The position numbers were made by a program, and so were the translations under genes. DNA of 64,000 bases. Source: the human T2T-CHM13v2.0 reference genome, Homo sapiens. The stretch's first letter is position 1; each line of letters begins with the position of its first letter. The stretch is from the NCBI RefSeq assembly GCF_009914755.1, contig NC_060926.1; one strand, written 5' to 3'. This document shows positions 44,943 to 60,977 of the stretch, piece after piece. The notes under the pieces were generated by a model. It was not told where the DNA came from and did no database searches. It saw only the letters and a program-made list of their open reading frames with translations.

Positions 44943-45110
44943 TTTTTCTTCCCTAAGGGACAGAGTCTCACTCTGTCACCCAGGCTGCAGTGCAGTGCCA
45001 CAATCCTAGCTCACTAGCCTTAAACTCCTGGGCTCAATGGATCCTCCTGCGTTAGCCTCCAAGTAGCTGTGACCACAAATGTATGCCACCATGCCTGGCT
45101 TTTTTTTTTT
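44943..45110 (-). mobile_element. Alu right monomer (AluJ/FRAM-like), inverted relative to its neighbour
   Basis: Antisense right arm; TSD TTTGCCTGCA (44933-44942 / 45113-45122). Confidence 0.8.
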
Positions 45111-48069
45111 AATTTGCCTGCAGATTCTTAGAGAACGTGGGTAAACTGTGCTAAAAGCTTCCTAATACATTAAGAAAGTTTGATGAAAGGTACTAAAACC
45201 AGAAACTTTTATTTTAGGAAGTAAACTTGTATCAACAAGAAAATTCCCTGTATTTCCAGGGATAATAATTCCTCATCTGCTTATTTGACCCTCACTTTCC
45301 TTTTAGACTTTATATCTTTCCGATTGAATGTATACATTTTTAACTCAGAAAAATAATCCACATGACTTTTAAGGTGTTCATCATGCCCATCTTTCACCAT
45401 TGAAAATTAAACAAGTAAAGGAAGTCCAAGTACAAAGCTACCGCTATGTTTTCGGAGAGATTTGAAACAATCTATTTACACATGAATATTATTAACATCA
45501 AAAAATGTTTTGGCTCAGCATGTTGTTTAAGATGATTCTCTCAGTTCCAACCAATCTTCTAGTCCTAGCGGGCCAATTGCTCTACCAAAAAGGCACTGCA
45601 TGCTGTCTACAAAGGCATGTCTCTCCCCATTCTTAAAACACACTTCCTCACTGGAGACCTCCTTGACTATGACACTTGTCAAATAATAATGGTACACATA
45701 CAACTTAGGTTTCCTTACAGATAGCACGATTTTAAATTGTCCACGGTCCTTTCCTTCTGTGTATCCCAACACTTCGAGAATTCACCAGTTATGGTCACAC
45801 ACACTTATGGGAAGAAAAGTTTTGAACCAACCACGGTGAAGGACGCTTAAAACAGTGAGAAATAAACAAAAACAAACAAACAAAGCTAGCTACAATTGTA
45901 CTTTGCTTTTACTCAATCATACAATCCTAAGAAGTTGGGTGAAAATCAAATGTAATAAAACAAACTCATCCTTTTCAAAAGACTTAGGAAATTGCACAAA
46001 CCATTTCTCCTAATATCTAATTAATCTTTAGTATGCCATGGTTCCTGATAGCTTAAGTTTAAATTATACTTTCTATCAAAGAGTTAGTGACCTGTAATCA
46101 TCTTTGAAATATGTAAATGAACTAAGGTGGCATTTTTACTGGTAAATCTTTTGTAAATTGTGGAAAAATCATTCTCTCTTATTTGCTCAATATATCCCAA
46201 TTTCTCCTGTATTTGATTTTCCTAATGCATGGCACACAGCCAGTTGTGACATTTTCAGCTGGTGGACTTAATGAGTATATGATCCAAACAGCACGAGGGA
46301 AAAGCTGTGCCCAAAGGCACAACGGGCTTGTTGATGCCACCTACTGTGCATTTTGTTTTTCCAAGGTTATCCACATAATTGACTAAAACAGAGCTCCTGA
46401 AGCCTAATTGTATGATGATTCCTGAAGGCTGCCCACCTGCCAAGTGTATTCAGATAGCGCAGGGAAAAAAACAGAGACCGGTGTGGAGTGCTTGGCATTA
46501 GGAAGGTGGTTCCCATCAGCGTGGTGAACGAAAGGGTTGGCTTCAACAGAGAGAGGTGGTGTTTAATCAGAGCCTCACTGGGTTGTTGTTGTTGTTGACC
46601 AAACTAATTACAACAGGTAGTGATGGCAGGATAGAGAAACTTTACCAAGAATGAAGTAGAGTCCATCCAGCCGATCTGGGAAAATTCCAGGCATGCTGAA
46701 AAAGTGAAGAGGGTTTTGGCCCCACAGCCATAACAACAAAAATCTTTAGGAATGTGGCAAAGAAAGACTTCAGAAACACAACAAGGCCATGAATAGGCCA
46801 GGGGCCATGGAGGGTGAGCAGGGCGCAGCTCTGGGCTACCCAGCTCATCTACAACAGGTTAGACACATGAGAGCAAGGCAGAATCAGCTCTGGATGCTGC
46901 TGTTCTGCCAAACCATGAGAAGCAGCTATGCTAGCTGTAGAAAGCACAAAAGTCTGGCCGGCCCTGACTGCCAGGTGACCTCAGACAGAGTGACCATTAC
47001 TGATTCCTGTTCAGACACCAGCTGGTGCCACTGGCCCCATTCGCATCCCATCCAACCTGTGATCAGTTTCCTGGAGTGATGCTGAAGCTCCTGTGTGGTC
47101 TCTCTTCTCCCTTTTTCCTCTGCAGGCCATGGATTGACCAGTCCTGTGAGGTTATGCCCAGACCCTCCCCAGCTCTGGCCCTTCTGCCACTTCCCCTCTC
47201 TCTGCCTCCCTAGAGCTCTGCTTCTGTCTCTACACTCTGGGTAGCCTTTCTCATCTGTAAAATGAGTGGCTTAGACTAGATGATCTTAAAGTTCCTTCCC
47301 ATTCTAACATTCTGTGATTCTTGGATGTTATAAATTCCCAGAATCATAAAATTTAGAGTTGAAGGAACTTCAGAAGTCATCTATTCAACCTCCTACTCAA
47401 CCTAGGCTAACCTAGCCAGAATTAATACGCTTTGAAGGTTCTATGTAGTTGTTTTTGGCTAGCTGAATATGGCAATCATCAAAGCTTAAAACTTTCAATA
47501 TAAAGCATGAAAAAAATACATATATATATAAGATTTTTGAAACATTTAAGAAAAGATTTGAAGGAACTGAAGCCCATTGAGCAGCATGTTTTATTGCTTA
47601 GAAGTTGGTATCTAAGCAGCAATTCCCAATCTTTGCTTTCACAATATCAGGGGCATATTAAAAAATCATAAGGGATGTCAGAAAATCCTCCAAAAAAAAC
47701 TAATTTTCAATTTATTATTATGTTTATAAACATATAAGGCAGGGTGATGGGGTGTCACAACAACATCAAATAAACAAAGCCATCAAATAAACAAAGAGAA
47801 TAAAGAGTATAAAGGGGAAATACAGTTATATTTTGACATGCATGCAAGAAAAATTAAAAAGAACGTCATCTGTTCTTAAAGAGTAGGTTTCAGTGGCAAG
47901 CTCCTTTTCAAAATTAATTTTGATCTGTGATAACAAACATACTCTCTCTCTTCAAAAGAATTATTTTCTTCATAGAACCTATGCCAACTACCATAATACA
48001 GATCTTGAAGAAATCATTGGATGTATTTAAGAAACAAGTACTTAAAACAATAACTTTTGTGTTTTATTA

Positions 48070-49960
48070 TTAATTACTTAAAGGGGTAAATTCATAAATA
48101 AATAAGAGATATACCATCCTTAAAGTTTGGAAGATTCATTAGTGTTAATATATCAATTCTCCCCCAATTGATGTATAGATTTAGTATGATTCCAGTAAAA
48201 ATCCTAGCAGATTTATTTTTATGGAAATTGACAAGCCGATGCTAAAATTTATAAGGAAATGCAAAGAACCTAGAATAGTTAAGACCACTTTGGAGAATAC
48301 GCACTTACTATATTGCTACAGTAATTAGTATTGACACAAGGATACATATGAAACAGAGCAAGAATCCACTGGGAGGCCGAGGTGACGGATCACCTGGGGC
48401 CAGGAGTTCAAGACCAGCCTGGCCAACATACCGAAACCCCATCTCTACTAAAAATACAAAAAAATTACCCAGGCATGGTAGCAAACACCCATAATCTCAG
48501 CTACTCAAGAGGCTGAGGCATGAGAATTGCCTGAACCTGGGAGGCAGAGGTTGCAGTGAGCCTAGATCACGCCACTGCACTCCAGCCTAGGCAACAGAGT
48601 GAGACTGCCTTAAAAAAAAAAAAAAAAAAAAAGCAGGAGTCCAGAAGAAGAACCACACAAACATGTTCACCTAGTTTACAACAAAGGCAACAATGAAATT
48701 CAAAGAAGGAAATGTCTTTTCAATAAATTGGGCTGGATCATTAACAGCCATACTGGGGCACCGGGGGTGGGCGAGGTGGAACAAACAACAATAACAAATC
48801 TTGATGCTATCCACACCAAACACAAACATTAATTGGAAATTGATTGCAGGCCTAAATGTGAAAGATAAAACACAGCTTCTAGTAGGAAATGTAAAAAAAA
48901 AAAAAAAAAAAATTCACAATCTTAAAGTAAGCAGATTTCTTAAACAGACACGAAAAGCAATTATCATAAAAGATTGGTAAATTTTACTTCATTAAAATTA
49001 AGAACTTATATTTATTAAAACTATCAATCAGAGAGTAAAAAGGAAAACTGAAAATTAAGGGAAGATATTTTCATACATATGTGTGATGAAGGATTGTATC
49101 CAAAATATATTTTAAAACCTACAAACCAATAAAAAAGACAACCCAATTTAAAAAGTGAACAAAAAGTTGAATTGCATGGTATGTAAATTATATCCCAATA
49201 AAGTTGTTATTTTTAAAAAATGATCAAAAAATTTGCAAAAGACTTCTCAAAAGAGGATATCTAATTGGCCAATGAATATATTTTTAAAAGTGCTCAACAT
49301 CACTAATCATCAGGAAAATGCAAATTAAAACCACAATGAGATATCCACTCACCAGAAGGGCTAAAATTAAAAGACTGACAATATCAAGTTTTAGTGAGGA
49401 CATAGAGCAATTAGATTTCTCATGCCTTGCTGGCAGGAGAAAACTGGTAGTGTCTACCCAAGCTGAACATACACATATCCTATGACCTACAAATTCCTCT
49501 CTTAGGAGTAAGTGCATATGTTGAACACATGATATGAACAAGACAATTACAGTAATTGTATTCAAAATAGTCTTAAATTGAAATAATCCAAATGCTCATT
49601 AATAATATAATGGATACATAAATTTTGATACAATATATCCTGTAATCCAATACACATAGCATTAAAAAAAGAACCAACTGCACACATAACAACATCAATG
49701 ACTCAAACCAAAATAATAAGGAGCTAAGGAGGCCAGACAGAAAAGGATACATACAATATGGTTTCATCTTTATGATGTACAAGAATGGATACAACCAACC
49801 AACAAAGATAGAAGTCACACTAGTAGTTACCTTTAGTGGGTACAAGTGAGGATGCTGTCTGGTTCTGGAAATGTTATATCATCACCTGAGTGGTTATTAC
49901 ATGAGTATATCAACCTACAGATTTAAAATTTGTGCACTATATAAGTTTTAAATAAACAAA
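48070..49960 (+). mobile_element. Old L1M ORF2/3'UTR fragment interrupted by an Alu
   Basis: L1 ORF2 text (gaaattgacaagccgatgctaaaatttataaggaaatgcaaagaacctagaatag; aaatgcaaattaaaaccacaatgagata) followed by 3'UTR. Confidence 0.85.
48370..48632 (+). mobile_element. 5'-truncated AluS within L1
   Basis: Starts at tgggaggccgagg; long pure A-tail. Confidence 0.85.
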
Positions 49961-51535
49961 TAAAATTATTCCACTGCACTTTGTGATGATGCACACTATG
50001 TTTTAATTACATATCACACCTTCCAGGGCCTAATACCATGCCTGGACAGTAAGTATTTACTGAATTTAATTAAACTGACCAGGTATTTCCATTTGTATCA
50101 ACTTAACTAGATGATTTTTAGAATAATATGTCTGATTTGCTAATAGAAGAACTATGGCTGTGCACTTCCTGAAGACTCCTTTAAAATTCCCAGTGCATTC
50201 ACTTATATTTAAAATATCTGGCTTCTTTTTCCCCAAAAAAGGGAGCTAGGAGGATTTGCATACTGAAAAACAAACAAAAATGACCCATTTGCAGGATTTA
50301 ACAAGATTCAAATCAAAGAAGCAAAGGAAGAGGAAACAAAGAAAGGTGCTGTTGTGGCGCCCTAGAAAGCAGATGCTCATTAGGGCTCAGGCACAGATTA
50401 CTATCACAATGTACTTATCTCAACATGCTATCGTCAGACCACACAGTCAAATCAAATTTTGAAGGCTCAAAGGATGTGTACTGAAGAACATCCTGTACTG
50501 CTGAAACATGTATTTGAATTTTGTGACAGAGACAGAGAGAGGTAGAAAAGAACACCAGATATCACCCACTGTCATTTTAAATCCTATTTGTAGGTTAAAA
50601 AATAATCTCTCTTAAAAAAAAAAAAAAGCAAACAAAATCAAGGTTAAAGATTTCTTCTGCTAAACTTAAAGTCTGATAAACAATTACCAAATAAGAAACA
50701 CATCTTTTTTTAGGTTTTTGCCAATTGAAAAAACACAACTTTTTTGTGATTATTTTTTAGGTAAAGAATAATTAGTATTCAAAAAGTAGAAAAAATGGTT
50801 ATAAGTAATTTTCAATTTTAGTATGGGTTAAGAAAAAAATGTAAACTGCTTGCTATTTGACTTTATCACATTTAAGTTTCAATCTCATTAGGAGTATACA
50901 TTTATCATAAAAATACTTCCTATTATGCTAATTAAGTACTTTTGTTCAAAGTATTACATCATGTCTATGGTTCCATAGCACACTTACACGTTACCAAATA
51001 AAATTTTATTTAAAATTTCCATATAAAATTGGATAAAGAATCAGAAGAGAAAACCCAAATCAGGGGCAATTGTTAGCAAATACTTAATCATAATCTACAG
51101 CATTAAGAGGTAGTAAAGATTTTTTAGCCAAATTTTGTCAGACCCACTTGGTCCCTGATTCCGGCAGATGGAGTGGGAGTAGCTTATACGATGGTCACAC
51201 TGGTGCATCTACCACTATCACACACACCTGTTAGTGGACAGAAGTCAGTCCAGAGTGGCTTAACTCTAAGAGTACAAGAAGCAAATTGGAGAACAGGAGT
51301 GAAGAAGAGAGAAAGTAAACACACTTTGAAACTGTTCAGACCCTTGCTGGATAGGGGTATGGACCTCATGCCACCCAAGCCCACTCTGCAGGACACTGGC
51401 TTTTGTGCAGCTCTTCATCACAGAGTCTGTTGAGCTACAACCCAGAAAAAAAACATGAAGGGATCTCTGGTCTGTCTGATTCATCCTCTTAAGCATAGAT
51501 TTGTTCAGTATTTGTCTTCCTTCCAGGATAAAATT

Positions 51536-51675
51536 CTTTTTTTTTTTTTTTTTAAGAGACGGTGTCTCACTATGTTGCCCAGGCTGGTCTGGAACTCTTG
51601 GCTTCAAGCAATCCTCCCCCATCGGCCTCCCAAAGTGTTGGAATTATAGGCATAGCCACTGCTCCCCACCCTGGG
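51536..51675 (-). mobile_element. FLAM-like Alu left monomer
   Basis: T-tail + agagacggtgtctcactatgttgcccaggctggtc...cccaaagtgttggaattatagg; TSD-like taaaattctt / taagattctt. Confidence 0.8.
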
Positions 51676-51747
51676 TAAGATTCTTAACCTGTGCTCCACA
51701 GGCTGATTCTAGGTAAACATTTGAGGCTAATAAAAATGTACGCCATA

Positions 51748-52062
<315 letters not shown>

Positions 52063-52121
52063 TCATCGGATTCTCAAGGAGGTCTAGGGTCTGGGGATTC
52101 CCTAAAAAGTTACGAAGCATT

Positions 52122-52481
<360 letters not shown>

Positions 52482-55400
52482 TTACTTTGTCTTTTTGTTT
52501 CCTTCTGGTTGCCAGCCTCAAGAGATGTTTGCTTGATTCAGGGCTGAAGGAGAGTAAAGAAAAGCTGTGAGGCTGTAGTAATCTAGTAGTGGTAAGCTCA
52601 GCATGAGAAGCAGTACTAGGAACCCTCGGCTCTTAAAAGGAAAAGATTTTATTTTAATTAGGGGGAAAAGGGAACGAGTTTATCTCTGAGGCCAGCACAA
52701 GAAAACAGGTGAGTGGGTCTAGAAGTGAAGAGGGCTCTCAGGGGACCCCCAGAGGAAGCTCCAGCACAAACTCCCTGATCCCTGTGACTTCACAAGCTGC
52801 ACCTCCCATCTTCTTGAAACCCCTCCCCTGCCATAAAAGGGCAAAGCCTTGTTGAAAGATTGTAGAAGAACCCTGTCTTCCCACTCACCCAAAGAAAGCA
52901 AAGACGAGTTCCTGGAAATCTAACTCTGAAAACTCACCCCTCTCTCCAAGAAACATCTGATGTGGTGATTTGGTTCAATGGCAGTGTTAGTAGAGAACTA
53001 TACGTGAATTATAAAGTGGGTTACTTTTACAGACTCTTACAGGTTCGCTGGGGACCATATCATTAAGGATAACTATTTATTTATGAAATGAATTTCAAGT
53101 TTTAAATAACCAAATGACAAGCGAACTGTTTGGAATAAAATTGTTGGAAATGCAACTCACTTATAAGTTAAGGTATACCCAATTTTTGAACAAATCACAT
53201 AGAGCATGAGAAAAACATCATCTAGTAGCCAGTTCTCTGATAGGTAATTCTTTCTGTGTTTATTGTTTTTTAAATAGAAGTATACAAATGATCATATGGA
53301 ATGAAACCTAAAAAGAGGCTGAGATTAGGCACCTTTTTAAAAGAATGTCATTTTAGAAACAATGAAATTAATCAGAGCTGTACTTTGTAGGAGGCAAAGA
53401 GAGTCGTGGGAGTATTTCAGCTAGTGACTTGAAAATACATTTTTCTGGCAAATTTTTCTTTTTATAAATGTCTGCATTTGTCAAAAACCTGTTGGATGAT
53501 GAAACGAAATTGTTGTTGAGAAGACAAAGGTAAAGTTGACGATATTACAAATATCAATATAATTTACTTTTCCTAATGACTAAATATTTTATCTGAGACC
53601 TTATTATATAAACTGTGAAAGTATTTCATTGTAATTCTACTGGTAAGGGAGGGTTTAGGGGTTCTCCAATTCAAATATACTCCCAATTGCAACTCAAAAT
53701 CATCATGTTTAAAAAGTATTTAACAGGGGAAATAGTATAGTATTATTTGAGGATAATATAAATGTAAGCTCATAATATAAAATTCTGTTTTCGCAATTTG
53801 ATTCCCTGTCCTCCACCCCCCACCCCCAGTCCAAGAAACTCAAGTTCGGAGCATGGCATTCTATGATGTATCCATCCAATTCTGCCATTCTAAGTATTCA
53901 GTTTTTCAACTTGTAGAAGAAACACCTCTAGTATTGTGTGAAATGGGTCTGGGAAGATGATGCATTTTTCCTTCAGGACCAGTGAAAATATTTATGACAT
54001 CTATGAAATGATCTCATTTTGTTGCACAAAACCTTTCCCTGAAATCACTGTTTATCTGGGACCCAGCAGCCCAACTGCATAGCGCATGTTGTTCAATGGG
54101 CAGCCTGAGGAATGGATTCCAGGGCCCATATTGAGGCCAAGTAGAGGACAACAGGACTCCTGAAGCACTTGGATCCAGTTGCAGAGGTGAATATCTTATT
54201 TTGAAAGAATTAAAGCTGGCTGATGACCAGATAAAGAGATATCCACTAAAGATCAGGAATAATTTTTTAACATCTTATTTTCTGAAGAAATGCCAGCCCA
54301 CATTAGACACATTATAAATGTGTAGATTGCAGGCAAGCAATGATCTAATTAGCAGCATTACAAACCCCAAACTTATTTCCTCCCCTTTGCCGGAAGCAAA
54401 GCTAATCAGTTAGGAGAAATAAACATCATTCCAAATGGCTCAAAACAATCAAAGTTATATTTCTGTATAACCACTATGCCATCATTTAAGGAGTACATTT
54501 CCAACCTGCCACACCTCTAATAGGTTGGCTTAACAGCACATTTGTAAGCATAAAACTAGAAAAATAATAGGGTGAAATAAATTAATTGAATATGAAACTT
54601 TAAGGAGAAGTTAACATAAAGTACAAAAAAATTATTCGTTTAAAATTCTAAGTACTCTTAAAAGAATTTATACAGCAGAAAAAATGCAAAACAATGCTGG
54701 TAAGTAAAAAAATTCATTTATTCATTTAAAGCCTTATGTCTTTCTAAAATTCCCAGATTTATTGTAGCTTTTATTAGCACTTTTCACTTTCTTGCAAAAG
54801 ACATGGCAAAGTGTTTAATCCTACATATATCTTAGTGCCTTCTCAGTCACTAAAACCCAGGACATCAGCTGGTGTGCTGCTTTCGTGGGTGCACTACTTT
54901 GTAAATATTCTGTGCTTATTTCTTGCCTTGTGTCTATTCTGTCCTCCCTGGTAGCTTGTGAGGTGCTGGAGAGCAGGTACCAGATATTCAACTCTTTAAA
55001 CTTTCCCAATGTCAAGTGCAAAGAATGATGTACTGGGGTCACTCAGTAAATACAATTGATTGGCTAGTGTTTTAGTCCTTCATCATGAGCCTCAGCAATT
55101 TTACAACAACTACCAGCTTAAATCTTTACCTAATCCAAAACACAGATATTATAGTGAATGTAGGAAATCACCCACCAACATTGATTTAGCATGTTTACAG
55201 TGCCAGATCTACATGCAAGCTAACTGTTCATATCAGCATCCAACCTCACTTTTAGAATCTAGGTTTTCATATTCAATGTCCAACATATTCTCAATCTTCT
55301 AAAATGCATCCATTTAAGAATTAGTTAAGAGACAACATGGGGAGAGAATAACAATGCTTAATTTTATACACTTTTCTCCCCTAGGAGGTTCAGATGTTGA

Positions 55401-55826
55401 TTTTTTCTCTCTCCTTTTTGTTTTTCTCTCATCATTTTGACATGCTTATTTTCCAGGGCTTGTTTGAAAAATTAAAATATTCACATAATTTTGTTAAGGA
55501 GACTAGATGCATTGAGGAATTAGATTATGGGAGATATATGTTCAGTTTGTGGTTGGCTTAGCTGTTACCATCCTCTCTACACTCTTCTATTGACCTCATA
55601 TCTACCAGACTAAGAAATGCTTTGTTTCTATTATCAAATTTGCATATGTACTCAAATTTGTGTGTGTGTGTTCAACACACACCATTTGTTCTAAAATTAC
55701 ATTTTGCTCTGTATCACCTAACCAAACTACCTATGGTAGACCTCCATCGTCCCATTGCTGCCTCTCATGAGGCACAGCTGAGTTCCATCAGGTTTCATTA
55801 TTTATTCATTAAAATAAAACAGCAGA

Positions 55827-56146
<320 letters not shown>

Positions 56147-59100
56147 TTAAATTCATCCCACATAAAATCCCCAAGCCGATGTTCAACTTTTGAATATTTG
56201 GTTTGGTTTTATACCAAATGTTATGGTGCTGCATTTGAACAACTGACAGGTCATTACTACATTTCTTTAAAATAAGCTATTTTAGATTGCATAAAACACT
56301 TCCACTTGAGAGTAACTTGACATACTCCTATTTCTATAATATTCTATTATTTCTATAATATTCCAATAAATAGGATAAAACTTTACTGTCTCAATTTAAA
56401 AGCTAGATGCCGAAATGGTTTCAATAAACTATTAAAAATACAAAGTCAGAGCAATATATTAGTAAAAATTCTTTTCTTGAATGTATATTACATGGAAATT
56501 CCCCACATTTGAATTTAAACTCAAAGCCAAGATTGCCTAAGATGTAAGGTGTATGTAGTTATACTGATACTAAATGACTGAATACTTTCCTAGCTCACCT
56601 ATCTTTTCCTTTTCCCTTCAAGGAACTTAAGATTTGGCTCCCAACATAGGGGAAAAAACAAAAAGTTGTATGGGAAATTCAAAAGAAATAGCTGTTGGAA
56701 GAGAAGGGTGCTACACTGTTGCATTGTAATGCATCTTCATTTTAATAGTTACATGTCCTTCAGCCTTTCAATACCACTTCCAGATAGTCATACATAATAC
56801 CCCACTCACTTAAGGAAATAAGGTTGATTCATCAGTGTAAAATACTGCATTACCAAACTGACATATTTTAAGCAAACTTTATTTACATCATAAATGTGGT
56901 TACTTCTTATGACACAAAGCGCCCCATGTCTGAATATTATGCCTGTGTACTTCCACTTCATTAGATGCAACAGTTTTATGTATCAAATCAGGACTACTAA
57001 TTTCTGGAGAAACAGATTGATACAATATTCATTTGGCTAGAAGTAAGTAAGAGTTAAGGAATTCAATAAAAAATGCATGCAAAAGTTCAATGCAGAAAAA
57101 CTGCTTTGTTCTACTAGCCTTTATTAATAGAATAAATTATATCATTTATTATTTTCAGATTCTGAAGCTAGGTTCAGATATATTCTGTGTCATAAGCGTA
57201 TGTAAAAATGGCGTAAAAACAAAATTGTTTTGTTTTAGAAAGAAACGTATCTTTCGTATAGACATTTCTTCAGCATGGAAAACAATACTTCTTCATACAC
57301 AAAAACTTAAAAAAATCAAGCTTTCCATTAATTTTATAGAAATATATTCTTAGAACTATGTGAATAAAGATTACAACTGTCCCAAATTGCTTTCAGTTGG
57401 TACAAAATATGTAGCTAACTAATCATGGAAAGAAAATTTTGTACTTCCCTTTCTTCAAAAGAAACAGAATATTTCAATCCCCATAACTATTTACATACAT
57501 GCACTGGCAATAATGTATGTTGTAGTATCTTTGAAATAAACAGACCATAATTCAAGGGTTGCTTTTACAATAAGTGAAATTAATGCAGCCACTGGTTGAA
57601 AATGTGTACATACAAATCTTTAAGTTAAAATATGTTAGATTATCAACATCTTTTTTCTGTGTAGCTAAAAGATGGATATTAAATTTAATATAATACAGCA
57701 TAGGTCATTTTAAAATTGAGAAAATTATTTAGGACAATATGTGGTTATGTTTATAAAGCTACATCAAGCTACATTTCAGAATGAATGTGTCAGCTGATAA
57801 AAAGAACCTGCTGTGATAAGACCATCCTCACTGAGAAATAAAAAAAAAAAACAAAAAACCAACAGCATGTGAAATCAGGTTACTTGAAATTTATGTAACT
57901 CTACACCAAGGTATTATGAATATTATACAATCTCATTCATTTCCACTCATGTCCTGCTCTTCCATAGTACACTCAAGTTTATTTTACATTTCATGGAGAC
58001 ATATTACTTTTTCTAATGATTTTTTTTCTTTCTGTCAAAGTACAAAGCATACCAATATGGTCATTTGCTCCAATATAGCCCAACGGATGGTATTTTTTTA
58101 TTAATAAAATGTGGAAGTAACTAGTATGTTTTTATGGGGAAAATTACAAAATAAGTTTACCAAAATAGACTGGATCACTAAAACAAGAAGAATGGTTTGG
58201 CATATATAACTTTTAAAAGTATGGTAACAAAACAAACTGTTAAGTTCCATTTTACCTGGTATTATCTGTTCCTTCTGATTAAAAGAATTAGATTTGAGAA
58301 AATCACATCTATCTCTTGAGTACAAATTAGCTATCACTTTTTAGATGACCATGCCATTCTTCAGTTTTTGATATAGCTTCCAAACAGAAGTTTCAAAATG
58401 ACTCTGCCTAGCAAACACATCACTGTACTTTAAACAGAGTGATGTTTTCTATCCCATATTTTCGGAAGGTTAAAGCACACACAGAGGCAAGAATCATGAC
58501 AGACAGCAGATCCTAAGAGAGTTTATTAACTCTTTAGGTAGATTAGGCAACACTTGTTTTTAAACTAACTACAAATCAAAGTCTTTTTTTTTTTTAAATG
58601 ATTCAACATTACTACCATGCTACCAACAGATACATAAGGGAGAGAAAAAAAAAGGGCTGCCTGTTCCGAACTCTGCTTACCTAAAATTTGCATCTAGTCA
58701 CGTGCCATTTTTAGAAGATGTCCCCTTCTGAGATAATCAAGATACTTGTACAACAGGGAATTTAGACTTAATTACCAAACTTTAATACCATGTTATATAG
58801 GTCAAGTGAGTATGTATACCTTTCTCCAGAAACAAAGGAATTCCGAATAATAGGATTTCAGATTTAATTGTAGAATTAGCAAAATGTTTTGAGAATGTCA
58901 TTTACCGCAACACAAATCAATATTAAATGCTTTATGCAGGAAGCACACTTTCAGAAAATGGGCCGTAAAGCTTTCTGGGATCCGACCCTAATTACTAGAG
59001 CAGGCTCTTGCCGTTTGTCTCTCTCTTCAATTATTTACAGGGCAAAAAAGCCAAATGGCATTGCATTAGCTACATTAAATGGTATGGACTTGGTTTCTAA

Positions 59101-60822
59101 CTTACTAATGGTATATAAAAATTACTAAGGTAAATGTGCCTGTAGAAACATGGCTTTTTTTCTTCCTCACCTGAGTGGGTGTATTTATTATTCATATTGT
59201 TAAGTGTTGAATAAGCTGTCCTTTAGGCACCCAATGCTGCATAATTTAAACAAGTGCATTAAATATATAAGATATCTAAAAGGTAGTGCATTGATTATGC
59301 CACAAAATTTCTTTGAACAGCTACCATGTAGCTCACAGAAAACTAGCATCTCCTGCAAGTTCCTAAAACAAATACTGTGAGAACTACACAGAGATGAATA
59401 AGGGGTATCCTTGCTGCTACCATCTTGCTGCTTTCTGGTGACCCAAAGTAAAGTGGGAATTGGGGGAAGTGAAAATGAGGCCCGGGATTGCTAGGACATT
59501 TCTGGTCTCGAAACTGACAAGTGTCCTTTTTACGTAGACAAATACAGGGCTATGTCGTAAGTACATGAAAACGTGGACCACACACATTCTAAGAAAGAAA
59601 AGGCTGAATCAGAGATTCTTTGTACCAGGCCGGAAATGCCCAACTACCAGCAAGCAGAGCATGATTACAACCTCCCAAAGAAAGTTCGGACACTGCATCC
59701 ATACCTGATTCTTTTGTGATCTAGAAGGGCACCCAGAGTTGTGATAGATGTTAATGGCTGAAGAAGGCTGCTGCGTCCAACTTCCACCCTCCCAAATTCT
59801 GGCGGCTGCTTCCAAAGCAGTGAAATTTCCAGTCTTCATGGCCCAAATAATTTTTTTAAATGAGTTCGGGAGGCATCAAATTCTTATTGTAAAAATAAGA
59901 TAGGCCCACTAACAAAGTACCCAGGGTCCCTAGAAAGCCAGGCGCAATTTGTATGGCTACATGTCATCAACTGTTGTTACCCAAGAGTGTGCCGAGGTCA
60001 CTTTTTAAAAAGCAACATTGGAAATCGATCTGTGGCAAACATATAAGCTAGTTTTGTTTTTGTTTCTTTTTTAACCAAATACGAAGTCACTTCTTTCTCT
60101 GCACTGAAATCTGCCCATTGTCCCTCCTTTGCAAAACCTCTAGAGATTAGAAGGGACATCAATGAACGCGAGTGAACTTTGGCCACTTTTCTACCCAAAA
60201 CACCAGCGTAAAAGTAGAAATCAGTAACCAGGTGAAGTGCCACACCGCACAAAGATCAGAGGCGAGGGGCGGGCGCTCAGGGCCGGAGGCGGGGAGGAAA
60301 ATATCCCGGCCCCGCCGCCCCTCCAGCCCCAGTCATCGCGTGCGCGGGAGGTGGAGGGGCGTCCCTGGGGGGCGGGAGGCTCCGCGCCACGGCGAGGGGA
60401 GCGAAGAGTTACAGCTTACAGGGCGAGGCCCTTGGAGAAGGGGTCGAAAAGCCGGGCCACCAGCGGATCCAGACGCGCACACCAGGCGACGGCCGCCGGC
60501 CAGCCAGGGCTCGGCGAGGGGCGCCGCTCGACCCCACGACCCTCCCCCGCTGGCCGGGCCAGGAAGGGGCTGGTGGCTCTTTCCTGTCTAGTCTCTCCCC
60601 CCGCGGCTTTCTGTAACCCGATCCCCGCACTCCGCTCCCAGGGAAGCCGCCGCCCCGCGCGCCGCCCGGCTCTGCCCAGGCCAGCGCTATAGTTAGCAAC
60701 CTTCCAGCAACTCCGCCCGGCGGTGGCGGGGGTTCGCCGCGCGCCCCCCTCCCCAGGCCTGACCCTGCGCGCGTCCCCGGGCCCCCTCCTCCGGCCGTCA
60801 CCTCTCCCCGGCGCCCCTTTAC

Positions 60823-60897
60823 CTTGGCTTGCAGATACTGGGGGTAATAGTAGGTGGCGTACTGAGGGTACATCTGCTGTTTCCACACTTTGCCCAT
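60823..60897 (-). CDS. RBMS1: First coding exon segment (25 codons) of RNA-binding motif single-stranded-interacting protein 1 (MSSP-1); the rest of the gene lies beyond the left edge of the window
   Basis: ATG at 60897-60895 translates [25 protein letters not shown], which I recognise as the RBMS1 N-terminus. It ends in phase 0 at the canonical donor AAG|GTAAAG (GT = 60822-60821) and lies inside a CpG island. Confidence 0.95.
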
Positions 60898-60977
60898 GAA
60901 GCTGGAAGGGAGCCTGCCGTGCAGGGTCGCGGACACTTTGGGGTTTCCAAGTCTCGGGCTCTCCTGCCTCTCCCTTT

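Noticed and set aside
46560-47100. Moderately GC-rich, coding-looking segment
   Set aside because: Short frames broken by stops and no homology I can recognise; possibly an old repeat. A BLAST search would be needed.
53830-54320. Segment that looked like a decayed transposase or pseudogene
   Set aside because: I could not recover a convincing motif in any frame, so it is left unannotated.
60409-60822. Continuation of the 258-aa and 269-aa ORFs past exon 1
   Set aside because: They run through the GT donor into GC-rich intron; only 60823-60897 matches RBMS1.
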